Source of the DNA: Psychrobacter cryohalolentis K5
GTDB taxonomy: Bacteria > Pseudomonadota > Gammaproteobacteria > Pseudomonadales > Moraxellaceae
Direction of reading: 5' to 3'
Assembly (NCBI RefSeq): GCF_000013905.1
Contig: NC_007969.1
Location: forward strand, 1,980,001 to 2,012,000
DNA length: 32,000 nt
The notes beneath the pieces were generated by a model, which saw only the letters and a list, made by a program, of their open reading frames with translations, did not search any database and was not told where the DNA came from. Of the stretch, positions 17,881 to 25,529 are shown piece by piece; within the stretch, counting starts at the first letter, position 1; each line of letters opens with the position of its first letter. The position numbers and the translations under genes were made by a program.

Positions 17881-18239
17881 TATTGTATATCATTAACTTT
17901 CTGTAGCTACCTCTTACCTCTACTATCAGCAGATTATGCTGTAATTCTAATGAGAAATTCAGGCATAAAAGTCAACAAGCGCTTTAATACTATCTTATTC
18001 TCTATCGTTACGTGTTCTATGAATAGACATAGATTATATCCTCTAAATTATTAATCGATTGAAATAGCATCACTTTATTTATTTAGAAAGTACTAGCTAA
18101 TGATAGCCGTTAGATAACACAAAGCCTTATTCAACCTGCTTGTTTCATACAAGTTTTTTAGCTACAGTTAAAATTCCTATATTAAATAATGACGATGAAC
18201 CGTCAAATAAAAACAATCTTTCATAAGCTGGAGTACATT

Positions 18240-18749
18240 ATGGAGCTAAAGCTGAATGAGCTCTCCGATAAAAACAATTTAAATAGTCATCATGGCGAGC
18301 ATATTATCCTGCGTCTAACTTATGTTAGCCGCTATAACACCGAAAATTCAAATATCGAAGTAGCACGTATTCTTGAGCAGGCGCAGCGTAATAATGAGCG
18401 CAATGGTATTACTGGTGCATTAGTAATTAATGAAAACTATTTTCTCCAAGTTATTGAGGGCGCAAGACCAGTTATTAACAATCTGTTAAAAAAATTGATT
18501 GAGGATAAGCGACATTTTTCTTTGCAAATTATTGAGTGCCGTGAAATTGAGGAACGGTATTGGAATAAATGGTCAATGAAATATTTAACGGCTAATGATC
18601 AGAATAAAGAATATGTTATGAAATATTCAGCCAGCAATGAATTCAACCCTTACCTAATGAGTACTTCTCAAATTACAATGTTTATAGACAAGTTATCAAA
18701 ACTTCAAGAACGACAAGAAAAACGCGAGTCTAAGATGAAAAAATCTTAG
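18240..18749 (+). CDS. BLUF-domain blue-light photoreceptor (short, BlsA-like architecture)
   Basis: LRLTYVSRY...NNERNGITGALVINENYFLQVIEGARPVINNLLKKLIEDKRH...WNKWSM carries the conserved Y, Q and W/M positions of BLUF. I chose the start at ATG 18240, 7 nt after GGAG; the track start is 18189. Confidence 0.85.
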   Translation: MELKLNELSDKNNLNSHHGEHIILRLTYVSRYNTENSNIEVARILEQAQRNNERNGITGALVINENYFLQVIEGARPVINNLLKKLIEDKRHFSLQIIECREIEERYWNKWSMKYLTANDQNKEYVMKYSASNEFNPYLMSTSQITMFIDKLSKLQERQEKRESKMKKS

Positions 18750-18820
18750 TTTTTGACCAGACGATTAGAATGGGTATATTTTATAGGTAAGAACAACTTA
18801 ATCGTCTGTTGTATAGCCTA

Positions 18821-18923
18821 CTATATAAGACGCTATACCCCTATATACCTGAAAAACGCCCAAAATAAAGGGCTAACAGTCTATGACGGTCAGCCCTTTA
18901 TCGTTGTTTGGTGGAGATGGCGG
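18821..18923. repeat. Distal direct repeat (att-type) copying the last 15 nt of tmRNA, its terminator and ~40 further bp
   Basis: Aligns with 28198-28310. There are perfect blocks of 53 bp (18850-18902) and 19 bp (18905-18923), four substitutions and one 10-bp indel. Identity stops exactly where the tmRNA body continues in the other copy. Confidence 0.92.
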
Positions 18924-19235
18924 AAACTAAACTATAAATATAAGTCATTGATAATAAACGTTATTAATTATTTTAAAATAGACGATACCAACCATAATAC
19001 CAACAATCGTTTTTTATTTTACTGTTATTCAGTGCCTACCCTATCAACTAAAGATTATTTTGTAATTATTTACCGTTTCAACATGCTAGGGCGGTGCTCT
19101 CTTACGATACCTGTGCATAAAGTCACTTTAACTTTTTAACATGGCTTTAACCTACTAATGATCGCTACAATTCATACGCCTACGTTACTTGTCGCAAAAG
19201 TCGCTTTAACTTCTTTTTGAAACGGTTTTTTTCTT

Positions 19236-19585
19236 GTGCGTGTGAATGGTGGCGGTGTCCTCTGTCGATACGCTCAGCACTCAAAATACTACCCCCCTCA
19301 CTTGTCCGTAAATTACCCCTTTTATGGACTCCAAGTATTATCTTGGCTGCTCTCTAAGATGTCCGAAAACTAGCCAGCATTGGCATAAGCTGCACCTGTG
19401 CGCGTACTGTGCCCATAACTCTAACGTGTGTAATAACCTCCCTCGTACTTGTTAAGAAACTACCCCTTTTATGGACTCCAAGAACCCCCGTCATTGGTGC
19501 TTGCTTCGCGCGTGTGCGTACTGTTCCATAAAGTCATTTTTGACCCTGCTTATGATGTCCGAAAATTACCCCTTTTTATGGACTC
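19236..19585. repeat. Three degenerate ~105-150-bp tandem units, each with a GTGCG-TACTGT-CCATAA box and a GTCCGTAAA-N7-TTTATGGAC palindrome
   Basis: Palindrome boxes lie at 19303-19335, 19450-19482 and 19556-19585, with partial copies at 19360-19372, 19921-19934 and 19991-20017. GTGCG boxes lie at 19236-19260, 19398-19418 and 19513-19533. Confidence 0.8.
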
Positions 19586-19650
19586 GCAAAATTGGATAAC
19601 CCCAAGACTGGGGGCATCTATTCCAGCGTTTAGCGGTGTGTGACTTGGTT

Positions 19651-19915
19651 TTCAATGTAAGGTTTTATAAGGTTTGCGATATGTGGTTTTCTAACGTTTC
19701 AATGTGAGGTTTTATGAGGTTCTACTATGTGAGGGTTCAGGTTTTCTCAGGTTCTCAATGTTAAGTTTTATTAAGTCGGTACTGTCTGCCAATGTTAACA
19801 AATGACAACATGCAAATTGGTTTTGAATGTACGGTTTTGACATGTTATAGACCACAAGTTTTGACAGGTTCATTACTTCGTGTTTTCATTTTGAATGTTG
19901 GGTTTTGTTAGGTTC
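19651..19915. repeat. Array of ~9 degenerate 21-28-bp iteron-like units, consensus TT(C/G)AATGT-NNNG-GTTTT-R-NNNG-GTT
   Basis: Units lie at 19651-19675, 19698-19722, 19727-19754, 19754-19777, 19789-19812, 19823-19846, 19851-19871 and 19891-19915. A further copy is at 20200-20226 and an inverted partial copy at 20161-20180. Confidence 0.8.
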
Positions 19916-20287
19916 TACGATGTCCAAAAACCTAGGGGAAACCTTAGTTTCTTTACACTATAAAAAGGGCTTGGTAGTGATCGCCTAACGTGTCCGAAAA
20001 CTAACCCTTTGTATGGTCAATACGTCCAAAAGTGGACTTATCTATTTTGTTTGACGGCTCTATCCTGTTTTGGTGGCATCATGGCACTGTAGGCTAACGC
20101 TTACCCCATTGGGGGTTATGCAATCGGTAAAACGTGGTAAAAAGAATTATGCTTTTAAACCTTAACATTTATTAACATGCTGGCAGTCGGCAAACTGGTT
20201 TGAATGTTAACTTTTGACAACATGCAGACCGTGAGTATCGAGCGCAAAACCTTAGGGTTTCCTTAGGGTATCTTTACACTATAAAAA

Positions 20288-20310
20288 AAGGCAGACGATA
20301 AACGCCTACC
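20288..20310 (-). terminator. Weak hairpin + T-run just downstream of the primase-helicase stop
   Basis: The minus strand has taggcg-tttatcg-tctgcc followed by ttttttt. The stem is short (4-5 bp, one wobble). Confidence 0.35.
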
Positions 20311-20331
20311 CTTTGTTAAATCATTAATTAA

Positions 20332-23067
20332 TTATGAATAATCTACTTCACTGCCAAACGGTGGTATTTCATTATCAGGATCAATTACACCCTGTTTTGT
20401 TGTACCTTGCTTTTTAGTGGCGGACAAGGCGGACAAGGGGACATCGCCCGTGATTACTGGGTTTGCAGCTGTCCCCCGTGTTTTTGGGTAGGCGGACAAG
20501 GCGGACAATTCATCTACTTGTGGCTCACTGTGTCCGCTGTGTCCGCGTGTGTCCCTTTGGCTGTGGACAGCCTCTAGCCCTTGATCTATATGGTGTGTCC
20601 GCTGTGTCCGCGCTGTCCCTGTGCTTTTATCAGTTTCATAACTTAGTATGTCGCTTTTGATGGCATAAACACGCGTACGGGCTTTGGGGTTCTTTGCTGT
20701 TGGTGCTGGGACTCTAAACGTCTTTTTGTTGGTTTCATTGGTAATTAGCAGACTAGCATCATCTAATACTTGCGTTACTTTTTTAAGCTCATACGGTGTG
20801 CACACCTCTTTTTCAAACGCATTAATATAAAAATAGTAATCATCGCTGCCTTGCTTACGATAGCCAACACGGTTAGTAACTTTCTGCTCACTATCAGCAT
20901 AAAAAGACTTCTCACATGGTTGAAAGCGACTACTACCATGCAATTCAATAAATGCTTGAATATGTTTAATGATTTGGCGCTGCTCATGCTCACCATCACG
21001 CCCATAGTTATCAAGCCAATTATCTAAGCATGTCATAACGGCTGTGGTCGCTTGTCGTGCTTGCCAGCCCGTAATGTCTGCACCTGTTGCCATCTCACCA
21101 GCCGCGGCAACAATAGCGAACCGTTTAGCCACTCTATGCGCTTGCGGTGCTAGCTGTGGGTAATGGCTCATAAAGTCACTTACAAGCTGCTTGGCGGTGG
21201 CTGTGGTCGCTGCTTTGTCATTGGTGATATATTCCAGCCATGCTATGCCAGCTGATCCATAGTAAGTGTGTGATAACTCCTTGATCTTATCGGCTTGTGC
21301 TGCGCCTGTGTCTGCCAGTACCAAACTATCAAACGTCTTTAAACCTTGACCAGCATCAGCATCTATATGTGCTACTCGAACCTCAATACCTGCATTCGTT
21401 TTCTGTCCTGCTTGTGCCATAAAGTTTTGTAGCGACTCCTCACCATTAGATAAGAAAATAATGCGCCATGTCTTAGCAGTGCGATTATGTCCTGTGGTGG
21501 TGCTTCTACCTTTGCCTTTGCCATTAGCCAACATGTAAACGCTGTTACCTACTATCCGTGGATCACATTCGCTGATTTCATCAAGCGGTAAGAAACTATC
21601 GTTATGCTCGCTGGCTGTGCCCTCTAAGGCGTTATCAGTGCTGCGCCATGTCTTAGTATAGCTGTCAGGCTTGCCCCATACGCTAGACGCTGTTTTAAGT
21701 GATAATGACTTGCCCATGCTTGATGATCCTAAAAGGTGAAAGCCACCCCCATCATCATCTAACAGCTCTAACAATTGACCAGCAAACGCGCAAGCAATAG
21801 AGAAAACAAAACGGCTTTGATCTGCTAGTTTTTTGCATAGTTCATCACGCCATTGGGCTAATGTACCTTGCTGGGCTATGGTGCTATTGATTGCATGGGC
21901 AGACTGATAGACTATTAACTGCTTGCCATCGCCGCCTATTGCGCTGTCAGGTAATATATATTGCCCGTCATGCCAGCCTAGCTTATCCACGCATAACGCC
22001 CGTTTATGAATAGGATAGTCCTGAATATAGGTGTCTAAGTAATTGCGCTTTTTGCCGTTGGTGGTAATGTTCAATCCTTGACTGGCTAGCTCTCTACGAT
22101 ACTCACGGGCATCACCTTGTAGCAGTGATAACGGCATTGACCACGTATGTAGCACGCTATCATCATCACGCCATTGTAATAGCCGCCCCCATGTACCGCT
22201 GCTTGTGTCCCGTGTCTTTGCGATAACCTCAATCGGTGAACAAACAAAAGCCTTAAACTTAAAGGTTATGTTTGCTGGATCGTCATCGTTATACTTCACA
22301 AAAAACAGTCCATCATGGTATAGCTCAAAACGCCCATCACCATAAATCATCGGTTCATTCAGCTGTGAATCATCGCGCCATTCAGGATAGTAAGCAGTGT
22401 CTTTTAAACTTATTAGCTGGGTGTCATCAGCTGCCAGTATTGCCTCATAGCTATGATTGGCATGTAGCATCGTGACAATATCAGCCACAGTAAGCAATGC
22501 CCTAGCATTCACACCTGCCAATAGATTTATCATGCCTTTGTTATCTATAGTCATTGGTACGGTTAGCAGTGATCCGCTACTCCAATGCTGCACCATCTTT
22601 TTAAAGCATTGCTTTGTCTTTTGAGGGCTAATAATAAAGGTTGTTTTGTCGTCTGCCATACACTGATAGGCATCAATGCCATATTCTGCTTCATCAAAAG
22701 CGATTATCTCATTGCCTTTGTTTACCTCACCAATGACGATAGCGCCATACCCTGTAGGATCAATAACAATGGGCTTTGCTTTGCTGTTTGGTGTGTAGAA
22801 TACCGCGCCTACAATATCGCCTTGTTTGTCATGCAATCGTAGGGCTATCGTGCCAGCTGTCGGTACTACTGACGCGTCATTTGTAGTAAGATCATCAGTA
22901 ACGCTTAACAAGCTATTGGGCGGTAATAGCTCATGTAGTTTTATTAAAGTAGGATCGTCTGCCAGTCCTTGCCGTGTGACTGCATTAAAACTATTCATTA
23001 CCACTGTAAAGCCTGTGCTAAATGCACGGGCTTTTTCATGGGTGGTGGTTTGTGGTGTGGTGGTCAT
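20332..23067 (-). CDS. Primase-helicase (Toprim-like N-domain + DUF927 + P-loop NTPase)
   Basis: 911 aa. The DUF927-type stretch reads WGRLLQWRDDDSVLHTWSMP...ALCVDKLGWHDGQYILPDSAIGG, and the Walker A is LLGSSSMGKSLSLKTAS. The C-terminal ~110 aa are low-complexity and encoded by DNA repeats. Confidence 0.88.
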   Translation of the reverse strand: MTTTPQTTTHEKARAFSTGFTVVMNSFNAVTRQGLADDPTLIKLHELLPPNSLLSVTDDLTTNDASVVPTAGTIALRLHDKQGDIVGAVFYTPNSKAKPIVIDPTGYGAIVIGEVNKGNEIIAFDEAEYGIDAYQCMADDKTTFIISPQKTKQCFKKMVQHWSSGSLLTVPMTIDNKGMINLLAGVNARALLTVADIVTMLHANHSYEAILAADDTQLISLKDTAYYPEWRDDSQLNEPMIYGDGRFELYHDGLFFVKYNDDDPANITFKFKAFVCSPIEVIAKTRDTSSGTWGRLLQWRDDDSVLHTWSMPLSLLQGDAREYRRELASQGLNITTNGKKRNYLDTYIQDYPIHKRALCVDKLGWHDGQYILPDSAIGGDGKQLIVYQSAHAINSTIAQQGTLAQWRDELCKKLADQSRFVFSIACAFAGQLLELLDDDGGGFHLLGSSSMGKSLSLKTASSVWGKPDSYTKTWRSTDNALEGTASEHNDSFLPLDEISECDPRIVGNSVYMLANGKGKGRSTTTGHNRTAKTWRIIFLSNGEESLQNFMAQAGQKTNAGIEVRVAHIDADAGQGLKTFDSLVLADTGAAQADKIKELSHTYYGSAGIAWLEYITNDKAATTATAKQLVSDFMSHYPQLAPQAHRVAKRFAIVAAAGEMATGADITGWQARQATTAVMTCLDNWLDNYGRDGEHEQRQIIKHIQAFIELHGSSRFQPCEKSFYADSEQKVTNRVGYRKQGSDDYYFYINAFEKEVCTPYELKKVTQVLDDASLLITNETNKKTFRVPAPTAKNPKARTRVYAIKSDILSYETDKSTGTARTQRTHHIDQGLEAVHSQRDTRGHSGHSEPQVDELSALSAYPKTRGTAANPVITGDVPLSALSATKKQGTTKQGVIDPDNEIPPFGSEVDYS
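20419..20619. repeat. Cluster of ~10 GTCCG-core octamers (4 as GGCGGACAA, then 6 as TGTGTCCGC/GTGTCCC) inside the 3' end of the primase-helicase gene
   Basis: ggcggacaaggcggacaagggga at 20419-20441, ggcggacaaggcggacaa at 20491-20508, tgtgtccgctgtgtccgcgtgtgtccc at 20529-20555 and gtgtgtccgctgtgtccgcgctgtccc at 20593-20619. The two orientations face each other. Confidence 0.85.
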
Positions 23068-23177
23068 TTAGTCCCCCTTGCTTGTGACTGGTTCGGCTTG
23101 CGCTGCTCTCTATATTTTTTATAGTAGCTTTTGCGCTTAGCGTGCTTACGGCTTTGCTTTGGTGGGTAGGTTTTCAT
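23064..23177 (-). CDS. 37-codon very basic micro-ORF, translationally coupled on both sides
   Basis: The minus strand reads ATAATGAAAACC. The TAA of the upstream gene shares its last A with this ATG (23177-23175). The frame gives MKTYPPKQSRKHAKRKSYYKKYREQRKPNQSQARGTK, and its TGA overlaps the primase ATG as ATGA (23067-23064). It is below the ORF-track length cut-off. Confidence 0.45.
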   Translation of the reverse strand: MKTYPPKQSRKHAKRKSYYKKYREQRKPNQSQARGTK

Positions 23178-23767
23178 TATTTACCCTCCTTGCCGTAACT
23201 GGTCATTGCTAGGGTTTCTTTGATTGAATTTACCCGTCTTAGTAATAAGTCGTCCCACGTTACAGTGGCATCATGCGTCAGTCGCGCCATTGATATAGCA
23301 GTGTGAGTGTCTATTTTTTTGTAGTGAATAAGGGCTAACAGCTTGCCAATGTCACTTATAACGATAGCAGCACTCTCTATGTCACAAGCAATATCTGATA
23401 ACTCAAAGACTGACATAACAACAACTTCTTTATCGTCTGCTTCGGTTAGGTCTATTACTGTGCGTTGGTTTGATTGGGTAGTAGGTGCGCCACTGTATAG
23501 CGTGGCTATTGCTTGGCGGTTTGCTGGCGTGTCATGGAATAGTGAGGGTAAGACGTAGCAGTCATCATGATAAGCCCTACCATCAGCGCGATATAGGCAC
23601 TCAACATTGCCAATATTGATGGTTAGGCAGTCTTTTGACTTTTGGACTAGCTTATATGTGCCATTGCCCACAGACGGACACAGAACGCTATCACCTGCCT
23701 TGAATGTGGCTGGTGTGCTGTTGGTAGTGGTTTGGGTGTTTGAGGTCGTACGGATTGATTTACCCAT
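23177..23767 (-). CDS. Hypothetical protein (196 aa)
   Basis: ORF in the operon whose start overlaps the stop of the upstream gene by 8 nt. I recognise no family. Confidence 0.65.
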   Translation of the reverse strand: MGKSIRTTSNTQTTTNSTPATFKAGDSVLCPSVGNGTYKLVQKSKDCLTINIGNVECLYRADGRAYHDDCYVLPSLFHDTPANRQAIATLYSGAPTTQSNQRTVIDLTEADDKEVVVMSVFELSDIACDIESAAIVISDIGKLLALIHYKKIDTHTAISMARLTHDATVTWDDLLLRRVNSIKETLAMTSYGKEGK

Positions 23768-24290
23768 GATGGATAGCTCCTACTAATTTATGAGTTAATG
23801 CCACGCTATACGGTAAAAGTATAGGGTGACGGGTCTTACTCTCGGTCTTAGTAGTAACCGCCCTGCATATTCGCCTTACGGCTATTTTATTTTGCAGCGT
23901 CAACCCGTCATAGTCGGTTAGCAAGTGACTTGCTATAGATATGATGGTTTGCCCCCTTGTGGCGCTTAGGTGCGCTTGTGGGGCTGTGCTTGAATGGATA
24001 GTGACAGCTTGAGAGGCTGCGCTATTATCAGGCACAAAAAAAGCCAATAATTTACGACTTGGCACGTCGCTACTAATTTTCGAGAGGTCTATATAGTAAC
24101 CATTGTTGGTATTGGTTGCAATCTGTTTTGCTTGTACTGGTTGGCAAGCAATTAATGATAGTAGCAAGCCAATACCTGCTACCCATGCCATGAATATGAT
24201 AAAGCTAAGTAGTAAGCCGCGCTTATGTGGCTGTGTGCGATTGTGTGCCCCGTGGCTGGCTTTTAGACTGGTTCTGTTATCGTTGGTCAT
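23760..24290 (-). CDS. Putative lipoprotein (176 aa)
   Basis: Signal-anchor LLLSFIIFMAWVAGIGLLLSLIAC with the lipobox-like LIAC. It overlaps the upstream gene by 14 nt. Confidence 0.6.
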   Translation of the reverse strand: MTNDNRTSLKASHGAHNRTQPHKRGLLLSFIIFMAWVAGIGLLLSLIACQPVQAKQIATNTNNGYYIDLSKISSDVPSRKLLAFFVPDNSAASQAVTIHSSTAPQAHLSATRGQTIISIASHLLTDYDGLTLQNKIAVRRICRAVTTKTESKTRHPILLPYSVALTHKLVGAIHHG

Positions 24291-24558
24291 TTCTTACGTC
24301 CTCCACGTTGAAAGCGATTTCTGCAATGTTTTTCGATAGCTCTTTTAATGACTCCACTTGTCGGCTGCCTGTCGGTAACAAGCTGCCTAACATTTTTACT
24401 TCTATTTCTGCTAATTGGGTCATGGTGTTAATGATGGTCACATTGGCGTGCAAGGTAATGATGAGCTGGTCGATAAAGCCATCAGGCATCATCAGCACGC
24501 CTTGTTCTTTCAACCCGTCCATGACTTGATTTATAAAGGTGTCATCACTCATAGTCAT
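24277..24558 (-). CDS. Hypothetical protein (93 aa)
   Basis: ORF in the operon, overlapping the upstream gene by 14 nt. Confidence 0.55.
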   Translation of the reverse strand: MTMSDDTFINQVMDGLKEQGVLMMPDGFIDQLIITLHANVTIINTMTQLAEIEVKMLGSLLPTGSRQVESLKELSKNIAEIAFNVEDVRNDQR

Positions 24559-24832
24559 TCACCTTGATTTCAGGCAGTAATATAAGCTGCTCCATGATGC
24601 CCTCGCTTGTTTCCTCAGCATGTTGGCTTATTCTGAATAAAGCGGACTGTACGGCTGTTAGAACGCCTTTACTGGTGGGGTCATCTGCTAATGCCGTGTT
24701 TAGTGCATTGAGGGCATAACCTAAGCTCTCACACTCGCTTGAGTAACTTTGAATATAGTCATCTACTACGCTAAGCATATGGCTATCTACTGCCACTAGG
24801 CATGGTTCTAATCTGTCGTTTGATTGGCTCAT
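24545..24832 (-). CDS. Hypothetical acidic protein (95 aa)
   Basis: ORF in the operon, with a 4-nt ATGA-type overlap with the upstream gene. Confidence 0.55.
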   Translation of the reverse strand: MSQSNDRLEPCLVAVDSHMLSVVDDYIQSYSSECESLGYALNALNTALADDPTSKGVLTAVQSALFRISQHAEETSEGIMEQLILLPEIKVNDYE

Positions 24833-25083
24833 GATTGCACCCCTTTGCTGTCGTTATTGTTATCTGTTGGCTGGTCTATCCAGTACTCTTTGAACGTCTT
24901 ACCATTGCGTTTGATGGTCTTATCTTGAATAACCACGCCTTGCGCTCTTAGCTCGCTGATCCGCTGTAAAAAGCATGTTATTTGCCATAGATCAAAGGCT
25001 TCATAAGTGGATAGGCTGTTACCTGCCAGCATGTGATTATGGATAATCTGCTTATAGCTTTTTTTGGGTTGCCGTGTGTTCAT
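24829..25083 (-). CDS. Winged-helix/HTH protein (HTH_39-like)
   Basis: GNSLSTYEAFDLWQITCFLQRISELRAQGVVIQ resembles the small helix-turn-helix family that reads xLTxxEAxxxxGIxRLAARIxELRxxGxxI. Confidence 0.6.
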   Translation of the reverse strand: MNTRQPKKSYKQIIHNHMLAGNSLSTYEAFDLWQITCFLQRISELRAQGVVIQDKTIKRNGKTFKEYWIDQPTDNNNDSKGVQS

Positions 25084-25086
25084 GAT

Positions 25087-25377
25087 CTACACCTCGCTAG
25101 TGGTTGAGGTGTGAGAATTAAGCCATTCGTGAATGTCTGCATAGCTCCATGCGGTCATTGTAGGGCTTAACTTCTTGCCAGCTGGGAAACGTCCATCTTT
25201 TGACCATTCAAAAAGGGTGGTTTTGCTAAAGGGTAGGAACGGCAAAATGTCCTTTGCTCTGCCCATGCCAGTAGTAGGCAGTTGCATAGCTGGACTGTTT
25301 GCGTTGGTTGGTTCGGTATCGTGAGGGGTGTTATCAGTAAAAGGAATTACTGGGGTGTTTTGGGTTGGGTGTGTCAT
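25087..25377 (-). CDS. alpA: AlpA-family HTH regulator/excisionase with an N-terminal extension
   Basis: ILPFLPFSKTTLFEWSKDGRFPAGKKLSPTMTAWSYADIHEWL has the Phage_AlpA pattern. I chose the ATG at 25377, 7 nt after GGAG; the track ORF starts at a GTG at 25392. Confidence 0.8.
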   Translation of the reverse strand: MTHPTQNTPVIPFTDNTPHDTEPTNANSPAMQLPTTGMGRAKDILPFLPFSKTTLFEWSKDGRFPAGKKLSPTMTAWSYADIHEWLNSHTSTTSEV

Positions 25378-25432
25378 TGTGTGTAGCTCCACTAAATGAC
25401 GCTACGGTATGTAACGTCCAGTGGTTCTACTT

Positions 25433-25511
25433 TAGGGGGTAGGGTTATTTGCAGCACCCTAGCTGGGGTGAAGTCACGCCCTAAATGGGGTATGAGTTTA
25501 TTTTGGGGTGG
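25433..25511. promoter_or_regulatory. G4/C4-box repeats upstream of the satellite alpA operon (candidate operators)
   Basis: tagggggtagggt at 25433-25445, ccctagctggggtg at 25457-25470 (near-palindrome CACCCtAGCTgGGGTG), ccctaaatggggta at 25479-25492 and ttggggtgg at 25503-25511. Confidence 0.4.
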
Positions 25512-25529
25512 TGTCTAATCATGGTTATA

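Noticed and set aside
18753-19139. 128-aa plus-strand ORF in the track
   Set aside because: It runs straight through the tmRNA-derived att repeat and terminator copy and through AT-rich island-end DNA. It has a non-ATG start, no ribosome-binding site and an implausible composition, so it is most likely spurious.
19236-19260. Possible third att/tmRNA-end copy (aatggtggcggtgtcc resembles tggtggagatggcgg)
   Set aside because: Only a short gapped match exists and the terminator part is absent, so it is treated as chance similarity within the GTGCG box.
19449-19643. 64-aa plus-strand ORF
   Set aside because: It lies entirely within the crr-like tandem repeats, starts at TTG and has no ribosome-binding site. 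The repeats explain the open frame.
19651-19915. Possible CRISPR array
   Set aside because: The repeats are degenerate, unit spacing is irregular (34-68 bp), no uniform spacers exist, and there are no cas genes or leader. An iteron/origin-type interpretation fits better.
20463-23071. Several plus-strand ORFs (20463-20660, 20770-21027, 22272-22475, 22585-22842, 22826-23071) and 20775-21014(-)
   Set aside because: All are nested in or antisense to the 911-aa primase-helicase gene, which has clear domain motifs.
24103-24529. Plus-strand ORFs 24103-24339 and 24227-24529
   Set aside because: They are antisense to tightly coupled minus-strand operon genes and have no ribosome-binding site.
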